Made by a program: the position numbers and the translations under genes. The notes beneath the pieces were generated by a model. It saw only the letters and a program-made list of their open reading frames with translations, made no database searches and was not told the DNA's origin. DNA of 64,000 nt from Lepidodermella squamata. Lineage: Eukaryota; Animalia; Gastrotricha. The stretch is taken from contig JBLDXI010000003.1 of NCBI GenBank assembly GCA_047495785.1, positions 3,534,001 through 3,598,000 of the forward strand, given 5' to 3'. Below, one piece after another: positions 24,001-37,784 of this stretch (positions within the stretch are counted from its first letter, which is position 1; the number at the start of each line of letters is the position of its first letter).

Positions 24001-27000
24001 TTAGCCCTTGCGAACTCCAAAATTCACGAATACCGCGTCCAAACTCAAAAGTAAAGGTAAATTTAAAAGTGAATTCGAACTTACATCACAGTTTTGCCCG
24101 GCCCAGCCTGGATTGCAGAGACATCGATAGTTATCTGGACCATTCGATTCGCACAAGCCCATGTTGCAAGGACTGTATCTCTCGCAGTCATACAACTCTA
24201 CAACGGAACAAATCCTACCAGAGTAAGACGGCTTACAAACACATCGACCACCTTCAATGTAAGCAGTATTTCCAGCGATACACGAGGGTATAACTGGCGC
24301 ATCGATATCCGGGCAATAACCCATGTTTTTGCAAACGCATTGAAGTCGGCTGATCTCGTCAGGGGACAACGCCACGCCATAGATCATCAAACAGCTCATG
24401 GCGTAATTGACTGGCAGCTGAATATGGCTTAGTTTCCAGACTCCCTTTTCAGACGTGGAGTTCGATTCCTGAGCTACTTTCTTTTCCTCCAATACGGAGC
24501 CGAATTCCGAAATGAGTTTCAACACGGTCGTTTCATTACCCATCTCTAAAGTTAGAGAAACGAAATTCCAGTCATTAGATCCCAAATAATTCGTTTCCAA
24601 ATAGATTGGTTGGTTTGATTGGTTTGACTGCTGGGTTGTTTGAAAGGTTATGTAGTGATCAAAAATATCCACATTGACTTGCATAGCAAGGCTGGAAATC
24701 GAAAATAAGTTCACATTGCGTAGCAATGTAGCTGGATGACTCGATCGATATATGTAGAAAGCGATGGTCATGTTCATTAATACTGGCAGGGGGTCTTCGG
24801 TGAAGTGGTCCGCGATGTGATCTTCGAAGCGTTTTTGATAATAGACAAAGGTTCCATTGTTGAAAGGGCCAGTCATGAATTTCACATCGTGAAGTTTGGA
24901 TCTTGCTTTCTTCTGAAATGTCTTGTAACTTTGGATTACATTACTTTCGCCGGGTGTGTCCAGTGGGAAGTAAGCCATCATGTCAAGCATTCGAGGAGCT
25001 ACAACAGGTCGTATCGGTCTGTATTGTTGGCAAATTTGCTGCTTGGCACATGTCCAGTCGCCGTCGGTCAAGCGGCATTCGCAAGTCGAACCGCTGGCAC
25101 ATTCCAACCGAACTGGTTCTATCGCCTTCTCTAAATCATCGGCTTTCGGGCAATCGCCTCTGTTCTTGCAAATGCAATGGAATAGACCGATTTGGTTGGG
25201 CGTCAAGGCAGCTTGGTAAATCAGAAGACAGCTCATAGCACTGGACGGCAGCAGCTGTATTGGGTCTAATGTCCAATTTGTTCCTGAAGCGAGTGGAAAA
25301 GCCAACACTTTGAAATCTTTTGCAGCAATCACGGAACCCAATTCGGAAATCAATTTCATGGAAATCGATTTGTCAATCGAGACAGATACAGCAAAAAAGT
25401 TCCACTGACATTCAATCATTTCGCGCTGAGATTCTACAACCAAGCTCGAAGAAGATCCGTTTGAATACCTCATCATGACGTTCGCGATTAGTCTGTTCGC
25501 CCGAGATTCGACCAGAATTCGGAAAGCCGGACCTCGAAAGCTCAATATCGTGTGTTTCCACGGTTCTCTACTCGAACAGTTTCGATACAAATAGAAAGAA
25601 ATCGTCGTATTGATTATAGGTGGCAGGAATCCGTCATCGAAGTATTCAGGCAAGTGTTGGGACGATATCCGTTGTTTATAGACTAATCTTTCAGATCCAA
25701 ATGCGTCAAAGTGATTCTCCAAGTTGAGTTCACCAGATCCAACTTTTCGGATAAGAGAACCAGGCCCTTCAACCGCATTAACCTCGTCCAACGTCTCAAG
25801 CGGTAGATACGCTATCAATTCGGAAACCCCAGGTCCTGAGAATAGGCGCGTGAGTTTCTTCCTCTTACACATTCGATCAACCTGCTTTGCGCAAATTCTT
25901 CCCGTGAACCCTGGCCAGCATTCGCAGTCGGACGACTTCAGAACATTCTCGCGAGGGCATGCCAGCGGAATTGTCTTTATACTTGTTGCCCCTGTCTCTG
26001 CTGCTTCGGGGCAGTTCCCGCCGGCTTTGCAAACGCAATGCAGCTGAGCAATCTGCATTTGAGTCAGCGGAGCCTTGAAAAGCATGAGGCAACTCAGCGC
26101 ATCGCCGAGTGGAAGGCTGATAGGACTTAACTTCCAAGTTCCCGATTGCAAATATTGGGGCTGCCAATCTAAATAAGCATAATTAATCATCCATCCTCTT
26201 TCCGATACGAGTGTCATATATGTTGAGTCATGTGTGATTGCGATGAACTTCCAATCGCCATCTTCCATCTCGCCTGGATAATACAGCGTCTGGCTCGATT
26301 TTTCACCGGCAAACTTGGCCAGAAGCTTATTCCCTATTACTTCAACAGTGATTGAATAGGCTGGTCCTTTGAATTCTAACAGGGTCCTCTGGTATTTGAT
26401 ATCGATCGAAGAACAGTTCCGATAATAGTAAAACACGATTGTCAAGCCCGTGAGCGAGGTGATAACTCCGTCGGAAATATGCTCAGGGATAGAGTCTTGA
26501 ATGGTGTTTTGCCGGAAAACAAGCGACTGAACATCGACGAACGCGCCAGCCATCTTCACAAGATTCACTCCAGCAGATCCCTTCGCGCTAGTCAACATCT
26601 GATCTCCCGAGATCACATTCAATCGTCCAGGAGCGTCGAGTGGGAAATAACCGATCAAATCATCAGATTTTGGGCTGAAAAAAGGCCGGCTCAATCGTCG
26701 CCGTTTACACTCAACCGATGAGGATCTAGCACAAATCCTGCCGTAGTAGCCAGCTTTGCATATACATTGCTTTGCGAGTGAAGTTTCAGTATTGCTTTGA
26801 TCGCAACTTAATGGGATTGAGTCTTGAGGAGTGGGCGTAGCTAGAGGACAATCACCGCGGTTCTTACAGACGCAATGTAACGTACCAATCTCTTCGGGGG
26901 TCAAAGCATCGGGGAAAACGATCAGGCAACTTAAGGAATCGTCTTTCGGGAGTTTGATTGGTCTCATTATCCATTCACCTTGTGTCGGTCGCCAGTCAGT

Positions 27001-30000
27001 TTTAAGCGCAAATTCCTTGCTAGCAATGATGTCCCCTGCTTCAGAGAAAATACGCAGGGTGATTAAGTCGGCAATGGAAACTGATGCAGCAATAAAATTC
27101 CAGTCGCCATCAATAACATCGAACTGAGACTTGACATCAAAGCTTTGTTTCTCGGACAGGGCAGCAATCAATCGCAGTTTGGTTCCAACGGTTTTAAAAA
27201 CAACATCAAAGCCTGGCAAATCGAACCTAAGAATTTCCCGTTCGAAGAGGACATCGGAATTAGTACATGAACTGAAGTAGTAGAACGATATTGTTATCGC
27301 CTTTGACGGCATGCTACTAGTCGAAATGTGCTCTGGAAGCGAGGTCGTAAGACTTGTCTGAGAAAAAACTTCGATGATGGAGCCAAAAGGTCCTGTGGTA
27401 GATGTTGTCTGCACGAGCTGAGAGCCGGATCGCTTCACAAAAGTCCGCACGCCCCTAACGCCGTTTTCAATCTCTTTCGAGTCCAATGGCAAGAATGCCA
27501 TCAAGCTATCGACGCGGGGGCCGAAATAATGCCAATTCAATGATCGAAATTCGCATGTTTTAAGCGGCGATTTGGAACAGATTCTACCGCTGTAGCCACC
27601 CTTACACTCGCATCCTGAATCTGATGACTTTGCCGTGCCGACCTCGTTGCATTTAGCAGGGGACTTGGCTTCATCGCTAGTTCCGGGGCAGTTTCCTTTA
27701 GTTTTACAAACGCAATGAAGCTTCCCGACCTGGTCTTTGGATAAAACCGAGCTGAACAGCGATAAGCAACTCAAAGCATCGCCAATTGGAAGCTGGATTG
27801 GCTTGAGTCTCCAATCGGCCCAAAGCTCAGAGGAAGGCCCGTGCAGCGAGTCGAAAGCCTGGCTAGCCAAAGTATCGCCTCTTTCCGACAGAATGTTGAG
27901 ATACACTTTGCTCGAGGAATGTGAAACAGAAGCTGCAGCAAAATTCCAGTCATCGTTAACAAGCTCAGATGAAGAGTCAACGTAGTAGTTCACTTCCTCA
28001 GTGGTAACACTCAGCCGAATTTTGTTTCCTGCTACGGCGATCTTAACATCGTAGGCTGGCCCTTTCATTTGGAGGATGTCACGATAAAATACAGTTTCAT
28101 TCGGACGACAGACGTGGTAGAGGTAGAATGAAACCGTCAAGTCCATTAGCGCAGGTAAAATCCCCTCGGTTATGTGCTCAGGAATGATCTCCGCCTCGTT
28201 GCTTTGGAGGAAAACTTCAGTTTCCTCGTTGAAAGGTCCAAGCATAGTTCGGAACCTCGGAACGTCAACTTCGGAACTCATTTGCAGGGTCGGAGTTCCT
28301 CTGATAACGTTCCAAGGCTCCTGCGAGTCTAGCTGAAGATGAGCCAGCATAATTGCAACTTGAACGCCGTAGAAGGGTCGATTGAACGTTCGCCTTTCGC
28401 ATTTTGTTGCCACAGATTTCGAGCACGTTCTGCCCTCGTATCCTGGCTTACAAATGCATACCCCTTCAGAGTAGCTCTGGGTGTTTTCGGCCAAGCATTC
28501 CAACGGAATCGTCACGTCTTCTTCACTGTCAGGGCAAAAGCCCTTATTTTTGCAGACGCAATGAAGCCGGGCGATTTGTGCAGGGGTCAAAGCGGTTAGA
28601 AAAATCATCATGCAACTCAAACCATCATCAACGGCCAGCTGAATGGGTCGCAGAGTCCATTTATTGGTCGCGTCGATTGCATCAGTGTTTTTAACCTCGA
28701 CTGCTCCGTAGCGCTCGCCGGTTTCTGAAACCATAGTAATCTCAACTTTTTGCGTCACAGTTACAGTTACTGCGAAGAAGTTCCAGTCGCCATCGACAAG
28801 TTTGCTTGGCGATTTTACGAAGTAGGATTCTGACTGATATTTGACCTTAAAATTTGCCTTGAAGACATTTCTCTCCAACGTCACCCGGAAACGGAAGAAC
28901 GGTGCTTCTATTTCCATAAGTTCTCGTTCAATTGTGACCTCCTCAGATGTGCAATTTCGAAACAAATAAAACGCCACAGTCAAATTGGCGATATCTGGTA
29001 AACGGCCTTCCTGGTCAAATTGACCAACAGTGCCACCCTGCTTTTGCAGGTAAACCAGATTGTTCGTGCCGAATGGGTCGACCTTGGTTGTGAGCTTGTC
29101 CAGCGTAACATGAGCTGTTTGCAGGGTCCCGCCGCTAAGGATAATATTTCCAACGCCATTTGTGTCAAAAGGAATGTAGGCGATCAGACTTTCAAACTCT
29201 GGCGCATAACTCTCTCTAACGCAGATCCGCCGTCTGCACTCGATATCTAGTTTTTTCGCACAATTCCTGCCGGCAAATGGATACAAGCATTTACACCCTG
29301 TGGGTGTAGCTCTCCCGCCGTTGAAGCATTGCACAGCGATTTCCTTTAGATCACCATTTAACGGATCTGCTGCTGGGCATATTCCATTCTTTTGGCAAAC
29401 ACAGTGCAAGGTTGCTATTTCTGCTGCTGAAAGCGCTGCTTCGTATATCAGAAGGCAGCCTAACGCATCTCCAACAGGTAAGCGAATCGGTCTAAGAGTC
29501 CAATCCGATAACTGATGGTTCGGAATGTCCAAATCAAAATCCACTGTGCCGGAAATTTTGCCAATTTCTGAAACCAACTGCATTGTTGCTTTTCTGTCCA
29601 AAATGCTCACCGTTGCAGCGACAAAATTCCAGTGACCTTCTGCAAGTCTATCACTCGATTTCGCCTCGTGAGTGCCGCCATTTTTCACATCAACAAAGAA
29701 TTTTATCGCGTCTGGTGTTTTCACAAGACGAAATGTCACAAAATCCCCTTCGAATCGAATTACTTCTTGCCAAGCCAGTTCTCTTGCTCCGCATTCGCGA
29801 TACCAATAAAATGCGACTGTGAAGTTGATCAGGTTCGGCAGTTTTTCGTTAGTCGTGTAGGCCGGAAAAGAGTCACTGCGTTGTCGTTGAAGATAAACGT
29901 AAGAGGGTTGTTCGAATGGGCCATTCATACGCGTGATCGTTGAGCCTTGTTGGCTCTTCAAAACAGGTGATCCTTTCACGACGTTGGTTTCCTCTTCAGA

Positions 30001-31640
30001 GTCCAGTGGGAAGAAAGCAAGTAAACGTTCAGCGTGTTTACTGTAAAATCCTCTCGGCACAGACTTTTTACCCAGGGTTTTGCAGGCAAAGCGCATTGAG
30101 GCTATTTCTTGCTTTGTCAGCGTAGCCGAGTAGAATGTCAGACATGTCATCGTAACATGGTTCGGGCTCATCAATTGTAATTTGTAGCGCGGAATTTCGA
30201 GGTAATTAAATCCGGCGACCACGACATAGTATAATTCCCTGTCGAACTCCCAATACAATCCGAGCCCAGTTTCAGCTTCGTGCGTCACTGCAATGAATAT
30301 CCATGACGAATATCTATTGGCCATCATGTAACACTTTCTAAAGTAAAGATAACACACTTGGACTTTTGGGCCTTCAAACTGCAGCTCTAGCGGACCCCAT
30401 TTGAAGAAGCGGAGCAGCTCAAATGTCGCACTTGTTCTGTGTACAAACATCGTGATGGTGAAGTCATGCTTTTCAGGCAATTCAAATTCTTGAGTAGTCG
30501 CTAGGAAATCGCTTTGTAATCTGGTGTCGGATGAGCCACCTGCGAAGCACAAATCGGATCTGCTGAACGGGCCACTGGTGCTTGGCCTGTAACAGACTGC
30601 CATTAACTTAGTTAGCAGCACACCGCGACTCCATTCGTAAAGAGACGGCAATAAGTTGTCTTCTTCCTCGACGACGAGTGGCCAAAAGCCAAGGAGAACC
30701 GGCATTCGCGGCACCATTCGAGACTTGAATTGATCAAAGTCCTTGCACTCGACTTTATCGCGGCATAGGCAAGGAATTTTGGCAATTTCGTGAGGTTCAA
30801 CAATACCGTCGAATACGCCGATGCAAGCTATTTTCTCGTCTACACATCAAAACAAATGGCTACGGATCTGAAATGGCGCATAAAGGCAACTTACAAGGAT
30901 GCAGGTTACCAAAATATATGTGGTCGATACCTGAATCTCGCCTGGGCCTGAAATTACAAGAAGGATAAGCCCCTTAGGTAAGTGGTAGCTAACAAGCGCC
31001 ACTTGGTACCCATATTGGTATGGACTTCAAATGATAAATTATAACTTGGCAGAGGTATTGTGAAAAATGCATTTAAGTGTGTAAACCGTGTAACCTACTC
31101 GTCGTTTCTAAACTGCTTACTGTAGACCAAACCGGAGGCAGTGAAACTGGTAGCCGTTTCTCCCCGCTTACTGTAGACGCGGTCAGCAAAAAACATCCAT
31201 TTATCCAAATCGGGCGCATCCTTATTGTAGAAGTATCTGGCTTTTCCATTGCCTTGTCCCAGTTCAATCGATTGTCCTGGGTAAGGGTTGTACAGTATGC
31301 CATAAATTCTATTCGATCCATCTTCGTTAAAGTGGGTTCCTTGTTCCGTAGAGTTGCGGTAGAGGAAGTACGTTACAGTAACGAACTTTTTCGTACTGTA
31401 AAAGATTATTTTAGCGAGGCCATCGTAAGTGCGGTTCTTCCATATCATTTCGAAGCTTCCGAGACCAAATGGCCCAGGATTATCGCTCAGATGATAATTG
31501 TTAAAGACCTTCGCTTTAATACTGGAAGGGTAAGGCTTCAGTGGTTCCAACCCGTATTCTCTATTCAAAGGCCACATAGCAATAAGGTTAAGCTCGGCTA
31601 CGACGCCGCTTGCCAGCACAAGGAATGTTAAAATTATCAT
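24001..31640 (-). CDS. Giant secreted/surface protein with ~9 LamG/pentraxin-like domains interleaved with EGF-like modules (>2,400 aa)
   Basis: Signal MIILTFLVLASGVVA (ATG 31640). Exons ~31640-31099, 30947-30895, 30839-24001 join in frame. A ~280-aa unit (IAYFPLD..GPF..TxAFYxYR..WNFxAxSV..PIxLP.GDALSCLxIY..ALT..QIAxLHCVCKxxGxCP + CxCxxGYxGRxC) is repeated 7 times after two divergent N-terminal domains; terminal EGF pair. Confidence 0.85.
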
Positions 31641-32512
31641 TGAGCTCAAACTTCGCTTCTTTTTATTGATTATTTTTGAAATTTCTAGAAATTTAAGATG
31701 GATCTTTTAAATTCGACGAAAAGAAATGCTTCCTGTGCCTTCGAATTAATATTTCATAAAATCGGCCAGCTTCTTTTTCAGCGCTCGAGTATCGAAAGGT
31801 TATCATGACAGCTCTCTTATTTGGCAAAACCTGAGTTCTTTGGATCTAATTAATAATGGGAAATAAATAATAGCAACCTGAAAATCTCAGAGTGGGTGTA
31901 CGATTTCCGATGCCGCTTCAGAAAATTTCGGATTTTTTCCTCTTTACTTGATTTTTTGAGAAGGCTCACAAGTATGAGTATCCATTACCTATTGCCTATT
32001 GCTTATATATAATTGAACATCAGTCATTATTTTTATAAACTTCATCAATTGTTATTGTCTCAAAATTCGATTTTGTTCCAGTTTTTATCATGGCATCAAG
32101 TTCAAAATCGCGACCTGAACCTTAAAATCATATTTAATGCAGATTCCAGCTATTAATGCAGAGAGGCACATTAGTTTCAAATCAATGTTCGAATCAATAA
32201 TATATTTTCCCGATATCGGAATCAAGATTAACCGGGAATGAGTGGGTCCGAAATGGCATTTTTGTTCCTTATATTCAATATGTCTCACATTCGTTTTAAA
32301 GATGATCGTCAAAACTACCAGGTAACAACAATGTTGTGTTTAGCCTTTCTAGTTGAGCGTGAAAAATTTGATTTCACACCAAATTAGTTGCGTCCAAATT
32401 TCAGCAAAACTCGTTCTCACTGGCGATCCCTTTTTTATTATTCACAATTTTGCAAGATGAATTCAAAGCGCCGATGGTAACAATCATCGATAGGGACGAA
32501 GGACGTCAAAGG

Positions 32513-35500
32513 TCAACTAAAAACCTTATCAGCTAGAGCCAAGTAAATATCCGCCAGGTTGGCATCTTTCAACGCAGATGCCAAAAAAGCCGTCGCCTTC
32601 CGCTCGATCAACAACCACTCGTCCCTTTCAGCTGCAAAATTTCGATGCATCGCTGCAACAGCTGTAGCCGTAGCAACGACCCTATCACTGCCATTCGCCG
32701 GTAATTTCAGGCCAGCAATTACTTCATCGAAAGCCGCGCGGAGTTGATCGACATGTTTGACCTTTGATTCGGCCGGCAAGTTCAGGGCTTTAATGAAATC
32801 GTCATTCAACTCCCACGAGCCGTCTAATTTCTGCAGCAAAACCAGGTCCATTACCGAGACTGATTTTTCACCGGATTTCGCGGCATTATCAAACCCGTCC
32901 GCGACAGCAACATAGGACGAGTGACTTCGAGAGGGAGCCTGAACTTTTAATTTTTACGATTTTCCAAAGTCAGGGTTGAAATTTACCTGCCACGCGGATT
33001 GACCAAAGGCTGATTGACCGAAACCTCCCATCATCATCTGAATGGCAAAGCAGGGTTGATCAGTAAAATAAATAAACTTCAGTAAAATACCGGTGCGTTG
33101 GCGCTGGGTAAATGCAATCCGTGCGTTCTGTATTTGGAGTTTGACTTGGTAAAAAAAAATGTTTTTAATGAAATTCTAAAAATTCCTATCTCCACTTACC
33201 CCGTCAGATTTGAGCCCAATGCGATGGCCGATATTTTTTCGTGAATACGGTCTATGCTGTGCAAAGACCTTCTCAATGTTTCCATAATTCGAAGGTCGCT
33301 CGATGCTAATGAACCTCGGCTTTGAGATCGCCGAATCGTTAGCAACAATCGCGTCCTTGTCAACGGCCACGAACGCGGTGAAGTCACATAGAACACCAGT
33401 CGCAATCGAAATGGCGATCGCCTCAGACTTTAGATCAGCTGAACCTTTAGTGTTGTATTCGTCCTGAAGTTCTTGCAAAACTCGTTTCGCAGAGAGTCGA
33501 TGCAAAGGCATGACATCATCAAAATCTTGAAATTTTACAAAATTCCTTAAAAAAAAATTGGAAACAAATTAAAAAATACCTGAGAAGATTTTTGCAGGAA
33601 TATTCTGCTCAAGACGAACGTCCAAATCAATACCGCCAAGTTTGGCAGTTAATTTCGCAAATAGAATAGCTTCTTTGCCCGAAAATCGTTCAATTATTCC
33701 AAATTGAGACACGGAACCTCCTAATATTTATTCGATAAAAAATTATAAATTATTCAAAATTATTAAACTAAATTAATCTAATTAATTAAATTCAAATAAT
33801 ATTTAAAACATTCTCATTTATTTATTTTATAAAAATAAAAAAGAAATGTGCTTACCAGCAAAAACAGTCGTTGTAGCCAGGTTTTTCGGAACAACCGATT
33901 TTAATTCACCGCCCGATTTGACTTGCCAATCGAATTTGACATTCTCAGCCGACGGATCTGTCGTAGCTTTCAGCAGGCTGACGACTTTAGCTTGGAGTCG
34001 ATCATTCGCGCTCTTCACGAACTCGGCTAAACCATTCGAAACTCGTGCGACGCCGTTGACAAGTGCTGTACTAGCCCCTTCGCCGATCCCAACGGAGAAA
34101 ACTCGGTTACGGGCCGCGTTTTTCTCAACTAGGGCTATCACTTCATCAGTATTCGAAACCTCGCCGTCAGTTAATAGGACGATGAATCGCTTCGATCCAG
34201 CCACATCGTCACGAATCGGCTGAGAATAGATGTATTTCAAAGGTTCCAGAACTTCAGTACCGCCAAGATCGGCTGAAATTTGGCGGGAATGGGCGATTGC
34301 CCTGGTAATAGCTGAATCATCATATTCGAGCGACCTAAAAACCCGAAAATGTAGGAATAAAATTAATTGAAAGAATTCTACCCGTTATCGAATAGCCTTT
34401 CGAATCTTGAACCGAATCCGATGATGTTGAACTTGCAACCAAGCGGCAGGCTTTTGACAAGAAGCGCCAGGGCCGATTTTGCACTCTCCATTTTATCGCC
34501 CCACATCGACCCAGATCGATCGATAACCAGCCAATATTCATCGATTGATCGTTTCGCCGATGATTCATCATGTTGCCTATCAGGTTCGAACCAAGCTGCA
34601 GCTACGTCGTAATTCAACCAGGATTTGTCGGAACCTTGTTCAGCTTTTCGACCAGGTTCGAGATAGATTATTGGCCTGTCTTTCATTGAAGATTGATCTG
34701 GCGTGATCAGCAGTTGGAAATCGTGGTCTTGGACGAAATCGCCGTCGAGTTGAACCTCGGCTGATAGTTTACCGTCGCCATAGGTTACTTTGATTGTATC
34801 ATTCGCATTTCCAGCCTTGATGTCCGTAATTTTTCGAAGTCTATCAATCTCGATTTTCGCATCAAATTTCATCTTGTATTTAACATCCGAAACTGCTACG
34901 AATTTGACGTCGTCTAGGAACTTGGATTTCAGCACCTCGGAATCGTTGATTTGATGGTAAGGTATGTAGCGAGGGTTCAAGACCACAGGTAGAGTGAAGG
35001 ATAGCACGCCGTCGTCCAGAATTCGATCGATAGGCTGCACGTAGCCGATTCGAATCGTTGCGAGTCCGTTAGCTGGCAAGTTGCCAACTTTCAGCCGATA
35101 AATATCAGCTGAGCCCGTTTCGCTTTCAAGCAGAACAGCTTTTTGACCGGACTTTATTGCCTCCCTGGGCAAAATTGGAAAAATTCAGAATAAAAAATTA
35201 AAAAAATCACAAATTATTTAAATTTTAATTTAAATTTAAATTTGGGAAAATTTCGGAAAAATTCGGAAAAATTCAGAAAATGGTTGAGGTTATTAAAATT
35301 ACTCGTATTTCTTAGCTGCTTCTGTTTTTTCATTAATTTCAGAAGTTAATTTTCGGCCATCGATCTCGGCATCCAGCTTGAAAACAGCAGCCGATTCCGA
35401 GATTGGAAAAACGAACTCGCATTCGATGCTTTCGTTGAGTTTGTTCGAATATTGCAACTCGGCTGTCACGCCAACTGTCCATCCTCGAACATCGGCGTGA

Positions 35501-35679
35501 ACTGAAACTTGCGTGAGTGGTATCGATTGTTCGATTCTATCGATCGGCCGTATATCGGGTGGAAAAATTGGCCATAATCCGCAGCCGATAGGATGCAGCA
35601 CCAACTTGCCTTCACTTTCTTTGGCAAATGTGAACGAGGCTAATACGAAGAAAATTATTCTCCACGCGTTTGTTTTCAT
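32513..35679 (-). CDS. VWA5A-like VIT-VWA protein with signal peptide (paralog 1), multi-exon
   Basis: MKTNAWRIIFFVLASFTFA. VIT domain (IECEFVFPISESAAVFKLDAEIDGR, VGNLPANG..IRIGY). VWA with MIDAS DRSGSM..GGTEV..LTDGEV. VWA5A/PARP4-type C-terminus (LHRLSAKRVL; LVLLQKLDGSWEL..EWLLIERKA). Confidence 0.85.
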
Positions 35680-36052
35680 TTTGGGAGAAAAAAATTAGAA
35701 ATGAGATGATAACGAAAATCAAAGCTGAATCGTGACGGAAAAACAAGTCCGAATTTGTTTAACATGGTGCATGTAATATTGTAATATTGAAAATAAAATA
35801 TGGCGTAAATTTTGCAATCTGTGAACTGTTTTTACCGATTGGACCTCAAAGGCAGTGGAAAACCGAAAATAATAGAATGAGATAGCACTGCGGAGAGGAT
35901 TATAATTAACCTGCTTTGTGCGTGAAATGTGGGGGAAATTAGCGATTCCAACTTGGCAGTTGCTCTAATTAGGGGTTTCCAGCTTTCGTGATATATGGGT
36001 CAATCTTGGCCCGTGGCTTTGGACTGTAAAAAGGCTCTGAAAATATCTATAT

Positions 36053-37382
36053 GGGTGATTCCACCGTTACGGACAGAGGTTTCGTGTCAGTTTGAAATTT
36101 TCGAAATAATTTCTTGTTAAAACTGTAAGCATTCATCACTTGGATTTTTTACCAAGCTTTACCAATGACTTCCTGGTCATTTAAAAAAAACGTTTGTACC
36201 AGTTTGATCATTTTTAATTGGACAGTGACCTAATATATGAGCCCGTTACGGACAGAGGTGCTTTGTACACCGAAAACGTACCCCTTTTTTGAGAAAGAAT
36301 CTGTAATCAAATTGTTGTGGGATTCAGCATTATTTCATTCCAAAGCATTGTTAATATGATCAAAAAGAAAAAACACGAGTTATTTTGTACTCGACAAACA
36401 TGGTTATGGCTATAGCTGAGTTGAAGTCCGTTACGGACAGAGATTGCCATTTCGTTACGGACAGAGGTATTTGACAGTGTCAAATTCGTCTATAAAAAAA
36501 GTTCTGATCATTATTCTGATTGAAGATTCCGAATCTACGGGTCTGATTACCCTAGGTATGATCAATAAACGTTATCGCGGGGTCATTGGGAACTCAGGGG
36601 TGAGGTGCTAACACACCTACCCAAAAACAGGTGTTTTGCACCCAATTGCAAGGGAAACAGCCAAGAATCAACATGTAAATTAATTTTTTTTATAATACCG
36701 TTAAATAATCCAGCAAAACTCATTGGTTATCAATTACGTTAACTAAATCGACCAAGGCGAGTTCAATTCTTCAATCAGATTTTTATTATCTGTCACCGCC
36801 TTCAACCCATCCCATTTTTATAAATTTGTCTTTTTTTCGTAAAAGGCGCGATTCTCTGTCCGTAACGGGTGGGTGGGACTCTAACTACGTGGGCTGGTGA
36901 AGCTCAAGAGGTCTCATTTGAAGCGTCTAAGCGGCTAGGAATAAGGAAAATTCACTATTCACCATTTAGCGCAGTTGTCTTGTCAAAAAAATTGAAAATG
37001 TGAGAAAACGTTACAGACAGAGATATTTTGACAGGTTGGTCAAATATTACGCAACGAACAATTTTAAAAAGCATGACACCGGATGTCACATTGATTTTTG
37101 AAGCCTTGTGCCCCATGTTAGTCAAAAAACAACTCGCCGGTTAGGGCAGTATGTATGTATTTCAACTAAACCGCTCTGAAAAATGTTTAAAATAGCATTG
37201 ATTTTTGATAAAAATATTGGGTTACGCAATCGTGTCAAAATGTCAAAAAATTGTCCAGAATTCCATAGAAAATCACGAAATCACACAGCCTGGGTCAAGA
37301 GCTATCTGACGATATGCAATACATGGTCTGAATGTGAAATTTATAAATCGATGAAAAGTGATGTTTTCTCGTGGAATCACCC
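36053..37382. mobile_element. Non-autonomous DNA transposon (1.33 kb) with GGGTGATTCCAC TIRs and ATAT target duplication
   Basis: GGGTGATTCCAC 36053-36064 / GTGGAATCACCC 37371-37382, flanked by ATAT on both sides. Internal CGTTACGGACAGAG motif at ~36066, 36244, 36429, 36453, 37009 (1 mismatch) and inverted at ~36854. No transposase ORF. Confidence 0.8.
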
Positions 37383-37784
37383 ATATTGCACCACTAAAAT
37401 TGAAATTCCACCTCTGAATTTAGCGATCTCTCGACATATCAACTTCACTGATTTGTAACATCGATAATTGGAATCGATATTCGATCTGCAGGATGAACCG
37501 CCTTGAAAACGCTGGATTCTATTCAATTTTGACACGGGAATAGGTGCTGATGGTGACAAAAATTCCCCAACAAGGTATTCTTGACCGATGATAGCAATCC
37601 TCTTTCCTTGTTATTATAGCGGAATGTTTGAAGTCTGAGCAAATTCTACACCAACATGACGATTTTATTAAATAACTGTGAAGAAACAGAAATGAAAATA
37701 AGACCAATAATATATCTAAAAGAGGCAGTTTTCACGTGGTCTAATAGCGATCTAAAGGAGTGGAAGAACAGCTAGGTCTGAGAT

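Noticed and set aside
36066-37022. CRISPR-like spaced repeats (CGTTACGGACAGAG)
   Set aside because: Eukaryotic context, 14-bp unit, irregular spacing, mixed orientation, enclosed by TIRs, no cas genes.
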